Assembly (NCBI GenBank): GCA_963666515.2
Contig: OY762897.2
Span: forward strand, 4,576,001-4,640,000
Reading direction: 5' to 3'
Origin: Candidatus Binatia bacterium
GTDB lineage: Bacteria > Desulfobacterota > Binatia > UBA9968 > JAJDTQ01
DNA: 64,000 nt
Shown: positions 1-9,277 of the stretch, piece by piece
Layout: every line of letters begins with the position of its first letter
How positions within the stretch are numbered: position 1 is the first letter of the stretch
The notes under the pieces: model-generated
Seen by the model: only the letters and a program-made list of their open reading frames with translations
What the model was told of the DNA's origin: nothing
Databases searched by the model: none
Made by a program: the position numbers and the translations under genes

Positions 1-303
1 AGACGGATGGAATTTAATGCACCCATGGACATGCGATTGTGGAGTGACCTACTAAATCGGACGATTCTCTTTATTGGGTACAGTTTTCGTGACCCAAACG
101 TGGCCTACCTTTTTCGACGCGTTAAGGAGCGATTCGCGGAACTGCCGGATACGGTCGATGGCTACCGGGCACACATAGTAGTGCAAGAACCGTCTAGGTT
201 TGAGCGGAGGTTGTTTCAAGAACGCAATATTCAGGTGATCCCTATAGACAGTGGTGACCTTACGCAACAGGTAGCGGCGCTGCTGGACGAAATCCGGAGT
301 TAG
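1..303 (+). CDS. SIR2-like (SIR2_2) domain protein, 3' part only (5' end outside window)
   Basis: Frame open from base 1; TILFIGYSFRDPNV matches the LFIGYSxxD C-terminal motif of SIR2_2 NADase-like proteins. Confidence 0.8.
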   Translation, partial: RRMEFNAPMDMRLWSDLLNRTILFIGYSFRDPNVAYLFRRVKERFAELPDTVDGYRAHIVVQEPSRFERRLFQERNIQVIPIDSGDLTQQVAALLDEIRS

Positions 304-306
304 GCT

Positions 307-963
307 ATGGCACAGGCAAAGAAGACACGTGTTGTTTATGTAACCAGCAGTGCATTTAAGCAGGAAGAGAACGCAGTATTCGTTGAACACTGCCGGTTGG
401 ATGACGGCAGGGTCGTTGGTGACGTTTTTGAGTTCGACATTCGGAGAGTGCCGATACAGGAAATCCTAAACGTGGACCTTAGGGTGATGGTCGCGGCTGA
501 GGTTGTGAGTGCGTACAGTCAGCTTAAGGTGCCCTGTATCGTCGAGCACGCCGGTCTCATATTTGAGGAGTACCTCGATGCGTCTTACCCAGGCGGGCTA
601 ACGAAACCGATGTGGGACACGCTGAAACAGGGTTTTGTGGATGAGACCAACTCGGCGAATAGAAAGGCTATCGCAAGGGCCGTTGTTGCATACTGCGACG
701 GAATGACTGTCAAGACGTTCGTCGGGGAGACGAGGGGGACCATTGCGGAGCAGCCTCGTGGTGACCGGGAATTCTATTGGGATACAGTATTTGTTCCGGA
801 TGATCCGTCCGGCAAGGCAACGGGGATGACGTACGCCGAAATCGCTCAGACTCGGTCACTGGGGCTACAGTATAAGGTGACGGAACTCTCGCAGTCGTCG
901 GTGGCGATGAAGAGCTTTCTTCGCCACCGTATCGAAGTGGGTGATCCCGCGCTCTGGCGGTAG
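307..963 (+). CDS. HAM1/ITPase-family (non-canonical purine NTP pyrophosphatase-like) protein with altered catalytic motifs
   Basis: YVTSSAFK, IVEHAGL (canonical E/DDSGL), YPGGLTK, GETRGTIAEQPRGDREFYWDTVFVP, TYAEI, SQS (canonical SHR); starts 3 nt after the SIR2 stop. Confidence 0.85.
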   Translation: MAQAKKTRVVYVTSSAFKQEENAVFVEHCRLDDGRVVGDVFEFDIRRVPIQEILNVDLRVMVAAEVVSAYSQLKVPCIVEHAGLIFEEYLDASYPGGLTKPMWDTLKQGFVDETNSANRKAIARAVVAYCDGMTVKTFVGETRGTIAEQPRGDREFYWDTVFVPDDPSGKATGMTYAEIAQTRSLGLQYKVTELSQSSVAMKSFLRHRIEVGDPALWR

Positions 964-1003
964 CGTTGAGTTGGTCGTCACAAGTGCCAGCGGCGACTGT
1001 CGC

Positions 1004-1178
1004 CTAGTCCACCTTGCCGTTCAGCAGGCTCGAGAGTGTCCCGTGTTTGCAGCCCAAGCGGGGCCGCCTCAGGGACATTTCAGCCGGTCTCTTCCGTGCC
1101 CTCGTGGATCAGTTCGCCCAAATGTGGTAGATTCAGCATAGGGCTTACACGTTTGATATCGTGGGCGCTCATCGTCAT
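1004..1178 (-). pseudogene. higA: HigA-family antitoxin remnant
   Basis: Minus strand reads MLNLPHLGELIHEGTEETG*NVPEAA..LGCKHGTLSSLLNGK with an in-frame stop, a frameshift and truncation. Confidence 0.7.
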
Positions 1179-1191
1179 TACTCCCTTCCCG

Positions 1192-1351
1192 TCAGTGATA
1201 GTCGATCAGGTCCAGGTCCACGGCTTCGCCGCCCACGAACCTGAACACTGCACGCCAGTTGCCGGATACACGAACACTTTGACGGCCAGCCCGGTCCCCC
1301 TTCAAGATGAAGCCGGGCGCGTCGCCACTACTTGGATGTGTTGCCTCTTGC
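1192..1351 (-). pseudogene. higB: HigB (RelE-like killer) toxin C-terminal remnant
   Basis: LKGDRAGRQSVRVSGNWRAVFRFVGGEAVDLDLIDYH is the typical HigB C-terminus; N-terminal half missing. Confidence 0.75.
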
Positions 1352-1399
1352 AATAGGATTCCTTGAAAATTGACCATTGACAGCGTAATATTCAAGGAA

Positions 1400-2545
1400 A
1401 TGCCTTTCATCGAGCGAGACGCAATAGAATTCCAGGTCACCCGTGCGTTGCGACGCAGCAGGGGTGTGGTGCTACTGGGTCCCCGCCAGTCGGGCAAGAC
1501 TACCGTGGCGCGCCGCATCGCCAGCGGTCAGCAGGGCGAGTATTTCGATCTTGAGGATCCGTCCGATGTGGCTCGTCTGGAGGCTCCCAGGCTGGTGCTG
1601 GAACGCGCGCAGGGTCTCGTCGTCCTGGACGAGATCCAGTTGCGGGTGGATCTTCTGCCTTTGCTGCGCGTGCTCCTGGACCGGCAGCCGCTTCCGGCCA
1701 AGTTTCTGCTCCTGGGCAGCGCGGCGCCTGAAATCGTGCGGGGCGCTTCCGAGACCCTCGCAGGCAGGGTAGAGATGGTCGCCATGGCGGGTTTCCGCTT
1801 GGCCGAGGTCGGCGCTACCGGTCGTGACAGGCTGTGGCTGCGCGGAGGCTTCCCGCCGTCGTTCCTCGCCGATTCCGACGAGGACAGCTTCGCTTGGCGC
1901 GACAGCTTCGTACAGACGTTCGTCGAGCGCGACCTCCGTCGCTGGGGTTTCGAGATGGCGCCCGCGGCCATGCGCCGCTTCCTGACGATGACCGCCCATC
2001 TCCACGGGCAGCGCTGGAACGCCTCGGCCGTAGGCTCTTCGCTTGGAATCTCGCAGAATACGGTGCGGCGCTACCTGGACCTTCTCACGGGCGCCTATCT
2101 GACCCGCCAACTGCACCCGTGGTTCGAAAATGTCGGCAAGCGGCTTGTCAAATCACCGAAGGTCTACGTCCGTGACAGCGGTGTGCTGCATGCCCTGCTG
2201 GGCCTGGAGCGTCAACGCGAGGTGGAGTCCCATCCCGGGCACGGCGCTTCGTGGGAGGGCCTCTGCGTCGAGGAGATCGTCGCCGTTCACGGCGAGCGGA
2301 ACTGCTGGTTCTGGGCCACTCACGGCGGAGCCGAACTGGACGTGCTGGTGCTCGACCGCGGACGGCGCATAGGCTACGAGTGCAAATTGACGGACACCCC
2401 GAGAATGACCAAGTCGATGCACGTGGTGCTGGCCGATCTCAAGCTCGACCATCTGTTCGTCGTCTATCCCGGGGAGCTACGGTTCCCGCTCGCGGAGCAT
2501 GTGACTGCAATCGGGCTGGCTGACATCGGGCGCGACCCGGCCTGA
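1400..2545 (+). CDS. AAA+ ATPase (AAA_14) with DUF4143 / C-terminal PD-(D/E)xK-like domain
   Basis: Walker A GPRQSGKT, Walker B LDEIQ, LLGSA, ETLAGR, GGFP, KSPKVYVRDSG, ELDVLV..GYECK; AAGGA before ATG 1400. Confidence 0.9.
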   Translation: MPFIERDAIEFQVTRALRRSRGVVLLGPRQSGKTTVARRIASGQQGEYFDLEDPSDVARLEAPRLVLERAQGLVVLDEIQLRVDLLPLLRVLLDRQPLPAKFLLLGSAAPEIVRGASETLAGRVEMVAMAGFRLAEVGATGRDRLWLRGGFPPSFLADSDEDSFAWRDSFVQTFVERDLRRWGFEMAPAAMRRFLTMTAHLHGQRWNASAVGSSLGISQNTVRRYLDLLTGAYLTRQLHPWFENVGKRLVKSPKVYVRDSGVLHALLGLERQREVESHPGHGASWEGLCVEEIVAVHGERNCWFWATHGGAELDVLVLDRGRRIGYECKLTDTPRMTKSMHVVLADLKLDHLFVVYPGELRFPLAEHVTAIGLADIGRDPA

Positions 2546-2570
2546 ACTGTGTTCAGGACGCCGCCCGCTC

Positions 2571-3200
2571 CTATGCCTTGTGGTTGGTCCCCTTCACTAC
2601 CGTGTAGAGCGAGAAGCGGGAGAAGCGGTAGGACGTGCACTCGGTGAAGCCGGTTTCCTGGAGGAAGGGCCTGAGCTTGAGGTTGGTGCTCCAGCCCAGC
2701 CGGCGGGTGATGGGGTCGAGGGACTTGGTGATGGGACCCCAGAAGCGGGACTCGGTGGTGAAGTGGTTGACGATGACGATGGTGCCGCCCGGGCGGCAGA
2801 CCCGGCGCATCTCCGCCATCATCCGGACCGGATCGGGCACCACCGTGACCACGTGGAACGCCATCACGTAGTCGAAGGCGTTGTCGGCGAAGGTGAGGTT
2901 CAGGGCGTCCATCTCCATGACTTCGAGATGGCGCCAGCCGTTCTTGGCGATCTTTTCACGGGCCTGGGCCAGCATGAGGGGCGCCTGGTCGATGCCGACG
3001 ACGTGGCAATCACGCGGGTAGGCCGGGAACGACGCGCCGGTGCCGACGCCCACTTCCAGAATCTCCGCCCCCGCGGCAATATCCACGTCCTGGATGACGT
3101 TGCGTTCGCGCGAGTAGAAGAACTTCGCGAACGTCTTGTCGTAAAGCGGGGCCAGATCCGAGTACAGCCTGCTCTGGTGTGGCGCTTCAAGCTCGGCCAT
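2571..3200 (-). CDS. pmtA: Class I SAM-dependent methyltransferase, phosphatidylethanolamine N-methyltransferase-like
   Basis: ILEVGVGTG motif I, VVTVVPDP, CRPGGTIVIVNHF. Confidence 0.7.
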   Translation of the reverse strand: MAELEAPHQSRLYSDLAPLYDKTFAKFFYSRERNVIQDVDIAAGAEILEVGVGTGASFPAYPRDCHVVGIDQAPLMLAQAREKIAKNGWRHLEVMEMDALNLTFADNAFDYVMAFHVVTVVPDPVRMMAEMRRVCRPGGTIVIVNHFTTESRFWGPITKSLDPITRRLGWSTNLKLRPFLQETGFTECTSYRFSRFSLYTVVKGTNHKA

Positions 3201-3491
3201 GTTCGTGGTCCTGCTCGTGCTCTTTCGTCCGCCGCTGTCCGGCGGTGGCGCGTCTGTCATGGAACTGAGAAAAAAGCTATCGATTTCAAGGGAAAAACCG
3301 AACGGACAATGCAATTCGGATATCAATTCAAGGTGGAACTGTCAAGGTGAAGCCCCCTCCCTGGCGGTCGGGGACGCGATTGGAAATCCGGCCGCGCCTT
3401 GGCTAAATTGGGATGGAGCGCCTTTGCGGCGGCCCACCTCCCGCAAGACGTACAACTACCCGAATTATCAGGGGGTCCGTTTCTTCCCATC

Positions 3492-5228
3492 ATGGCCGGC
3501 ATCGGACGGTTGATTGACTACCTGTGGCGCTACTGGCGCCGTTACGCGGTGGGTGGAGTGTGTCTGATCGGCACCACCAGCCTGCTCATGCTGGTTCCCT
3601 GGTGGGTGCGGGCGGCCATCGACGTCATCGAGCGCGGCGACCCCGACTCCGAACTGGGCGGCTACGTGCTGCTGATCGCCCTGGCCGCGGCCGGCGGCGG
3701 GCTCCTGCGGGGGGTCTCCCGCTCCATCATCTTCAACGCCGGCCGCAACGTCGAGTACGACCTCCGCAACGACCTCTTCGCGCACCTGGAGAAGCTCCCT
3801 CTGGGCTACTACCAGTCCCAGAAGACCGGCGACCTCATGTCGCGGGCGGTCAACGACATCAACGCCGTGCGCATGCTGCTGGGCCCCGGCTTCCTCAACC
3901 TGGTGAACACCCCGCTCTACCTGGTCTACGCCGCGGTGTTCATGTTCGCCATGAACTGGCAGTTGACGCTGGCGGTGGGCGCGTGCCTGACGCTGCTGGC
4001 GCTGGTGTTCCGCCAGTTCCGCGGGCGCATCCAGCGGGCGTCGCTGCGGGTCCAGCGGCAGATGTCGCGCATGAGCGCCCACGTGCAGGAGAACCTGAGC
4101 GGCATGCACGTGGTCAAGGCGTACGTGCAGGCGGAGCCCCAGACCGCCGGCTTCGCCGCGATGAACGACGAGTACCAGGTGCGGAGCCTCGACCTCGCCC
4201 GCTGCCGCGGCCTCATCAACCCCATAATGGTGGCGCTGCACGGCCTCACGGTGCTGGTGGTGCTGTGGTACGGCGGCTGGCTCATCATGCGCGAGCAGAG
4301 CGGCGTGGCCGACCTGGTGGCGTTCATCCTCTACCTGAACGTGCTGGCGTGGCCCATGGCGGCCTTCGGCTGGATGCTCTCGCTGCTGGAGCGCGGGCGC
4401 GCGGCCATGGAACGGCTGGAGGAGATCTTCGAGGTGGAGCCGGCCATCGCCGACCCCGAGCATCCGGCGCCGCTGGCGGACAAGGCGCGTGGCATCGAGT
4501 TCGACCGCGTATCCTTCGCCTACAACGGCGACGCGGTGCTCAAGGACATCAGCTTCGAGGTGCCGCCGGGGCGCAAGGTGGCCATCGTCGGGCGCACGGG
4601 TTCGGGCAAGAGCACGTTGACGCACCTGATCCCGCGTCTCTACGACGTCACCTCCGGCGCCATCCGCATGGGCGGCGTCGACGTTCGGGCGCTGTCCCTG
4701 GAAGAGCTGCGCGGCGCCATCGGCTACGCGCCGCAGGACCCGTTTCTCTTCTCCACCTCCATCCAGGACAACCTCAAGTTCGGCGACGCCGGCGCCAGCG
4801 AGCAGGAGGTGCGCCGGGTGCTCGGGGTGGCCGACCTGGAGAGCGAGGTGGAGGTCTTCCCGGACGGTCTCGACACCCGGGTGGGGGAGCGGGGCATCAC
4901 CCTCTCCGGCGGCCAGAAGCAGCGGGCGACCCTGGCCCGCGCCATCCTGGCGAATCCCGATTACCTGATCCTGGACGACTGCCTGTCGAGCGTGGACGCC
5001 CACACCGAGCAGCGCATCCTCGACAGCTTCGAGAGCGTGCTCAAGGGCAAGACCTGCATCATCATCTCGCACCGCATGGCGGTCATCAGGCAGGCCGACG
5101 AGATCCTGGTGCTGGACGACGGCCGCATCGTCGAGCGCGGCGACCACGAGTCGCTGCTGCGCGCCGGCGGACTGTACGCGCAGATGTACCGCCGGCAGCA
5201 GATGTCGGACGAGCTGGAGGAGCTGTAG
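3492..5228 (+). CDS. ABC exporter, fused permease/ATPase, subunit 1 of a heterodimer
   Basis: TM domain; GRTGSGKS, LSGGQKQR, ILDDCLSSVD (degenerate Walker B). Confidence 0.92.
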   Translation: MAGIGRLIDYLWRYWRRYAVGGVCLIGTTSLLMLVPWWVRAAIDVIERGDPDSELGGYVLLIALAAAGGGLLRGVSRSIIFNAGRNVEYDLRNDLFAHLEKLPLGYYQSQKTGDLMSRAVNDINAVRMLLGPGFLNLVNTPLYLVYAAVFMFAMNWQLTLAVGACLTLLALVFRQFRGRIQRASLRVQRQMSRMSAHVQENLSGMHVVKAYVQAEPQTAGFAAMNDEYQVRSLDLARCRGLINPIMVALHGLTVLVVLWYGGWLIMREQSGVADLVAFILYLNVLAWPMAAFGWMLSLLERGRAAMERLEEIFEVEPAIADPEHPAPLADKARGIEFDRVSFAYNGDAVLKDISFEVPPGRKVAIVGRTGSGKSTLTHLIPRLYDVTSGAIRMGGVDVRALSLEELRGAIGYAPQDPFLFSTSIQDNLKFGDAGASEQEVRRVLGVADLESEVEVFPDGLDTRVGERGITLSGGQKQRATLARAILANPDYLILDDCLSSVDAHTEQRILDSFESVLKGKTCIIISHRMAVIRQADEILVLDDGRIVERGDHESLLRAGGLYAQMYRRQQMSDELEEL

Positions 5229-5267
5229 GACATGCGCGCCGGCGGAGGTTTCAGGAACAGCGCGGCC

Positions 5268-7169
5268 ATGAACGCGCCGGAAGAACAGGAGAACATCTCC
5301 GGCAAGGCCTACGACCTGGCGCTGGCGCTGCGCCTGTGGCGGTTCCTGCGCCCGCACCGGAGGGTCTTCTTCCTGTCGCTGCTGCTCCTGCCCGTGCACC
5401 AGTGCTTCAACCTGATCCAGCCGCTGCTCCTGAAGGCCGGCATCGACGCAATCAGTGCGGGCGACGGCCTCACGCTCATGACCACCGGCCTGCTGTTCGC
5501 CGGCGCGCTGGCGGCGGAGGCCGGGGCGTTCTTCTTCCAGTACTACCTGGCCATGCTGGTGGCGCAGCGCTGCCTCGCCGACCTGCGCGTCGCGCTGTTC
5601 TCCCACGTGCAGCGCCTGCCCATGAGCTACTTCGACCGCAACCCCGTGGGCCGGCTCATGACTCGCATGACCACCGACGTGGAGGTGCTCCAGGAGATGT
5701 TCGTCGCCGGCGCCATGAACCTGGTGGCCGACCTGGTCCTCATTGCGGCTATCGTGGCCATCATGATGTCGCTGCACCTGGAGATGGCGCTGGTGTCGCT
5801 GGCGCTGATCCCGTTCCTGCTGGTGGGCATCAACGTCTTCCGCCTCAAGGCGCGGCAGACCTACCGCCTGATCCGCACCCGCATCGCCCGGGTCAACGCC
5901 TACCTCGGCGAGGCCATTCCGGGCATGGCCGTGATCCAGCTCTTCAACCGGCAGGCGCGGAGCTTCGAGGAGTTCGACGGCCTCAACCGGGACCACCGTG
6001 ACGCCATCAAGCGCTCCAACATCTACGAGGCGTCGCTGTTCTCCATGGTGGAGGCCGCGGGCTCCCTCAGCATCGCGTTGCTGCTCTGGTTCGGCGGCGG
6101 CGAGGTGCTGCAAGGCGTGGTGGGCATCGGCACCTTCGTGGCCTTCAGCGAGTACATCCGCCGGCTGTTCGTGCCGCTGCGCGACTTCAGCAACAAGTAC
6201 GCCGTGATCCAGGCGGCCATGACCGCGGCCGAGCGGATCTTCGAGCTGCTGGACACGCCGGTGGAGGCGCCGGGGCGGGTCGCTGCGGCGACTGCTTCCG
6301 CCGCTGATTCGGCCGTGGCCGCGCCTGAGGCCGCGATGCCGCAGGCCGCCACTTCGTCGGCCGCGGCGCCCCCGGTGATTGATCGGGCTCGCGGCGCGGT
6401 GGAGTTCGACGACGTCTGGTTCAGCTACCGGCCCGGCGACCCCGTGCTCAAGGGCGTGTCCTTCAGGATCGAGCCGGGCGAGCGGGTGGCGGTGATCGGC
6501 GCCACCGGCTCCGGCAAGACCACCACCATCAAGCTCATGAGCCGGTTCTACGACGTGGATAGCGGGGTGGTGCGCGTGGGCGGCCGGGACGTGCGCGACT
6601 GGGACCTCGACGCCCTGCGGCGCCACATGGGGGTGGTGCTCCAGGACGTGTTCCTGTTCTCCGGGGACATCCTTTCCAACCTCAAGCTCGGCAACCCGGA
6701 CGTTCCCGAGGACCGCATCCGCGCGGCGCTGCGCAGCGCCAACGCCGAGGGTTTCATCCGGCGCATGCCCGGCGGTTTGCAGGCCGCGGTGCGCGAGCGG
6801 GGCAACAACCTGTCCGCGGGACAGCGGCAACTCCTGGCGCTGGTGCGGATGTTCGTCGTTGATCCGGAGATATTGGTGCTGGACGAGGCCACCTCCAGCG
6901 TCGACACCGAGACCGAGTTCCTGGTGCAGGGCGCCTTCGAGAAGATCATGGCCAACCGCACGTGCCTGGTCATCGCCCACCGCCTCTCCACCATACGGAA
7001 CGCCGACCGCATCGTGGTCTTCCACCGGGGGGTGATCCGCGAGATGGGCTCCCACACCGAGTTGATGGAGAAGCGCGGGGTCTACTACCGGCTTCACCAG
7101 TTGCAGTTCCAGGGGGAGGGCGGCGTCGCGGCGTCGCCGGGCGCCCGGGAGTTGGCCGCAGAGCGCTAG
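5268..7169 (+). CDS. ABC exporter, fused permease/ATPase, subunit 2 of a heterodimer
   Basis: TM domain; GATGSGKT, LSAGQRQ, LDEATSSVD, IAHRLST. Confidence 0.92.
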   Translation: MNAPEEQENISGKAYDLALALRLWRFLRPHRRVFFLSLLLLPVHQCFNLIQPLLLKAGIDAISAGDGLTLMTTGLLFAGALAAEAGAFFFQYYLAMLVAQRCLADLRVALFSHVQRLPMSYFDRNPVGRLMTRMTTDVEVLQEMFVAGAMNLVADLVLIAAIVAIMMSLHLEMALVSLALIPFLLVGINVFRLKARQTYRLIRTRIARVNAYLGEAIPGMAVIQLFNRQARSFEEFDGLNRDHRDAIKRSNIYEASLFSMVEAAGSLSIALLLWFGGGEVLQGVVGIGTFVAFSEYIRRLFVPLRDFSNKYAVIQAAMTAAERIFELLDTPVEAPGRVAAATASAADSAVAAPEAAMPQAATSSAAAPPVIDRARGAVEFDDVWFSYRPGDPVLKGVSFRIEPGERVAVIGATGSGKTTTIKLMSRFYDVDSGVVRVGGRDVRDWDLDALRRHMGVVLQDVFLFSGDILSNLKLGNPDVPEDRIRAALRSANAEGFIRRMPGGLQAAVRERGNNLSAGQRQLLALVRMFVVDPEILVLDEATSSVDTETEFLVQGAFEKIMANRTCLVIAHRLSTIRNADRIVVFHRGVIREMGSHTELMEKRGVYYRLHQLQFQGEGGVAASPGARELAAER

Positions 7170-7206
7170 GCCCCCGGCTCTTGCGCCGCCGGCAAGAGGA
7201 ACAACC

Positions 7207-8256
7207 GTGCTCGTTGCCTTCAAGACATTGCTATGCGGCCTGCTGTTGCTGGTCCTGTCCGGCTGCTCGGCGGAGTACTACCTCCGGGCCGCGTGGGAGG
7301 AGGGCCGCATCCTGTGGCGGCGCACGCCCATCGAGGCCATGCTGGCCGGCGACGCCCTCGCGCCGGACGTCCGCCGGAAGCTCGAGATGGTGCTGCAGGT
7401 CCGCGACTTCGCCAGGGACGAGCTTCGGCTGAACGTCGGCGGCAGCTACGCCGCCCATTCCTACGTGGACCGGCGGGTGCTCCTCCACGTGCTGACCGCG
7501 GTGCCCAAGACCTCCTTCGAACCCCACACCTGGTGGTTCCCGTTCGTGGGGCGGGTCCCCTACAAGGGCTACTTCGACCGTAACGACGCCCAAAGGGAGG
7601 CCGACTCCCTGGCCGCCCAGGGATACGACACCAACATCCGTCCGGCAGGCGCCTTCAGCACCCTGGGGTGGTTCGACGACCCGTTGCTCGATCACCTCCT
7701 GCAACTCGACCGGGTGACCCTGGCCGACGTCGTGCTGCACGAGCTGCTCCACAACACGCTGTACGTGCCCGGCTCCGTGGCCTTCAACGAAAGCCTCGCC
7801 AACTTCGTCGGCAAGCGCGGCGCCATCGATTTCTTCACCCGGCGGTACGGCCCGCAAAGCCCGGAAGCCGGGGCCGCGCGCCGGGCGTGGCGGGAAGAGG
7901 TCGAGTTCTCCGGTCTGATGATGGAGCTGGTAAACTGCCTGCGCGAATTGTACGGCGGACAGCTCCCCGAGGCGGAGAAGCTGCGCCGCCGCGAGCAGGT
8001 GTTCGCCCGAAGCCGGCGGCAGTGGGGGGAGGCGCTGCAGAACAGGCCGGACCACCGGTACGCCTTCTTCAGCCAGCGACCCCTCGACAACGCCGTGATC
8101 CTGCAGAGTCTGCTCTACGTCACGGACTTGGCGCAGTTCGAGGAACTGTACCGGCGCGAGGGCGGGCAGTTGACAAGGACCATCGAGGCCGTGCGCGCCG
8201 CCGCGAAGGACGGGGGCGATCCGTTCGACATTCTGCCTTCGGCCGCCGCTCCGTGA
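7207..8256 (+). CDS. Putative zinc aminopeptidase lipoprotein
   Basis: Lipobox LSGC; WWFPFVGRVPYKGYF, AFSTLGWFDDP, HELLH..FNESLA. Confidence 0.85.
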   Translation: MLVAFKTLLCGLLLLVLSGCSAEYYLRAAWEEGRILWRRTPIEAMLAGDALAPDVRRKLEMVLQVRDFARDELRLNVGGSYAAHSYVDRRVLLHVLTAVPKTSFEPHTWWFPFVGRVPYKGYFDRNDAQREADSLAAQGYDTNIRPAGAFSTLGWFDDPLLDHLLQLDRVTLADVVLHELLHNTLYVPGSVAFNESLANFVGKRGAIDFFTRRYGPQSPEAGAARRAWREEVEFSGLMMELVNCLRELYGGQLPEAEKLRRREQVFARSRRQWGEALQNRPDHRYAFFSQRPLDNAVILQSLLYVTDLAQFEELYRREGGQLTRTIEAVRAAAKDGGDPFDILPSAAAP

Positions 8257-8262
8257 GGGCGC

Positions 8263-8595
8263 ATGAGAAAGCTCCTATCCATCATCCGGCTCCGTTGCCC
8301 CCGTTGCGCCGCCGGCCCGATCTTCGCGAGCCTCTTGCGGATGAATCCCCGGTGCCCGGTCTGCGGCCTTGAGTTCGAGCGTGAGCAGGGTTACTTTGTC
8401 GGCGCCATGTACTTCAGCTACGCTTTGGCCCTCGCCGCGGTCCTGCCCGTCGTCGTTGCCATGCTGCTGCTCGGCTTCGGGGCCGCCCCCATCTATGTCG
8501 TGTCGTGCTTGGTGCTGGTCGTTCTCGCGCCGTTCCTGTTCCGGTACTCCCGGGTCATCTGGATACATCTCGACCAGGTGATCGATCCGAGGTAG
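8263..8595 (+). CDS. DUF983-family membrane protein with Zn ribbon
   Basis: RCPRC..CPVCG followed by two TM helices. Confidence 0.75.
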   Translation: MRKLLSIIRLRCPRCAAGPIFASLLRMNPRCPVCGLEFEREQGYFVGAMYFSYALALAAVLPVVVAMLLLGFGAAPIYVVSCLVLVVLAPFLFRYSRVIWIHLDQVIDPR

Positions 8596-8612
8596 GAGGC
8601 GAAGAGAGGAAC

Positions 8613-9107
8613 ATGGCAATGGTTGAGCCCGCGAACGGCCCGCTGAGATTCGCCGCCGACAAGATGCTCGGCCGCTTGGCCAAGTGGCTCCGTATCATCG
8701 GGCAGGACGTCATCTACGGGCACCACCTCTCCGGACAGGGCTTGGTGCGGGCGGCGGCGCGCGAGCGGCGTGTCATGCTCACCCGGGACCGCAGGATCTG
8801 GCGCTGGAACCGGGAGCAGAGCATCTTCATCCGGGACGATCACTTCCGGGGACAGTTGAGACAGGTGGTGGCGGAATGCGGGCTGGACCCTTTCGAGGGT
8901 CTCCTGACCCGGTGCGTCGAGTGCAACGAGGCGCTCCAGCCCATCGCCCGGGAGCAGGTCAAGGAGACCGTCCCTCCGTACGTCTTCGAGACGCAGGAGG
9001 TCTTCTCCAGTTGTCCGGGCTGTAGCCGGCTCTTCTGGCCCGCCACGCACCAGAAGCTCATGATGGAGGAGCTTGAGCGCCTGGGATTCGCCGCTCCTGG
9101 AAATTGA
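8613..9107 (+). CDS. Mut7-C RNase (PIN-like) domain protein
   Basis: FAADKMLGRLAKWLR, LTRDR, RCVECN, CPGCSRLFWPATH. Confidence 0.88.
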   Translation: MAMVEPANGPLRFAADKMLGRLAKWLRIIGQDVIYGHHLSGQGLVRAAARERRVMLTRDRRIWRWNREQSIFIRDDHFRGQLRQVVAECGLDPFEGLLTRCVECNEALQPIAREQVKETVPPYVFETQEVFSSCPGCSRLFWPATHQKLMMEELERLGFAAPGN

Positions 9108-9160
9108 AGCGGCCGTGTGCTAGGTTCCGTGTGTCAGGTCTGTCAGGTCTTACCAGCCGT

Positions 9161-9236
<76 letters not shown>

Positions 9237-9277
9237 TTCTTCTACCGCCAGACTGCTCCAACTCCAGGAGACGCGAT

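Noticed and set aside
3468-7223. 1251-aa minus-strand ORF and similar long ORFs (10847-13696, 27966-31460, 39197-41347, 59317-61641)
   Set aside because: Antisense or off-frame shadows of real high-GC genes; no motifs
9132-9150. TGTCAGGTC tandem duplication before the tRNA
   Set aside because: Only two short units; compatible with slippage or chance
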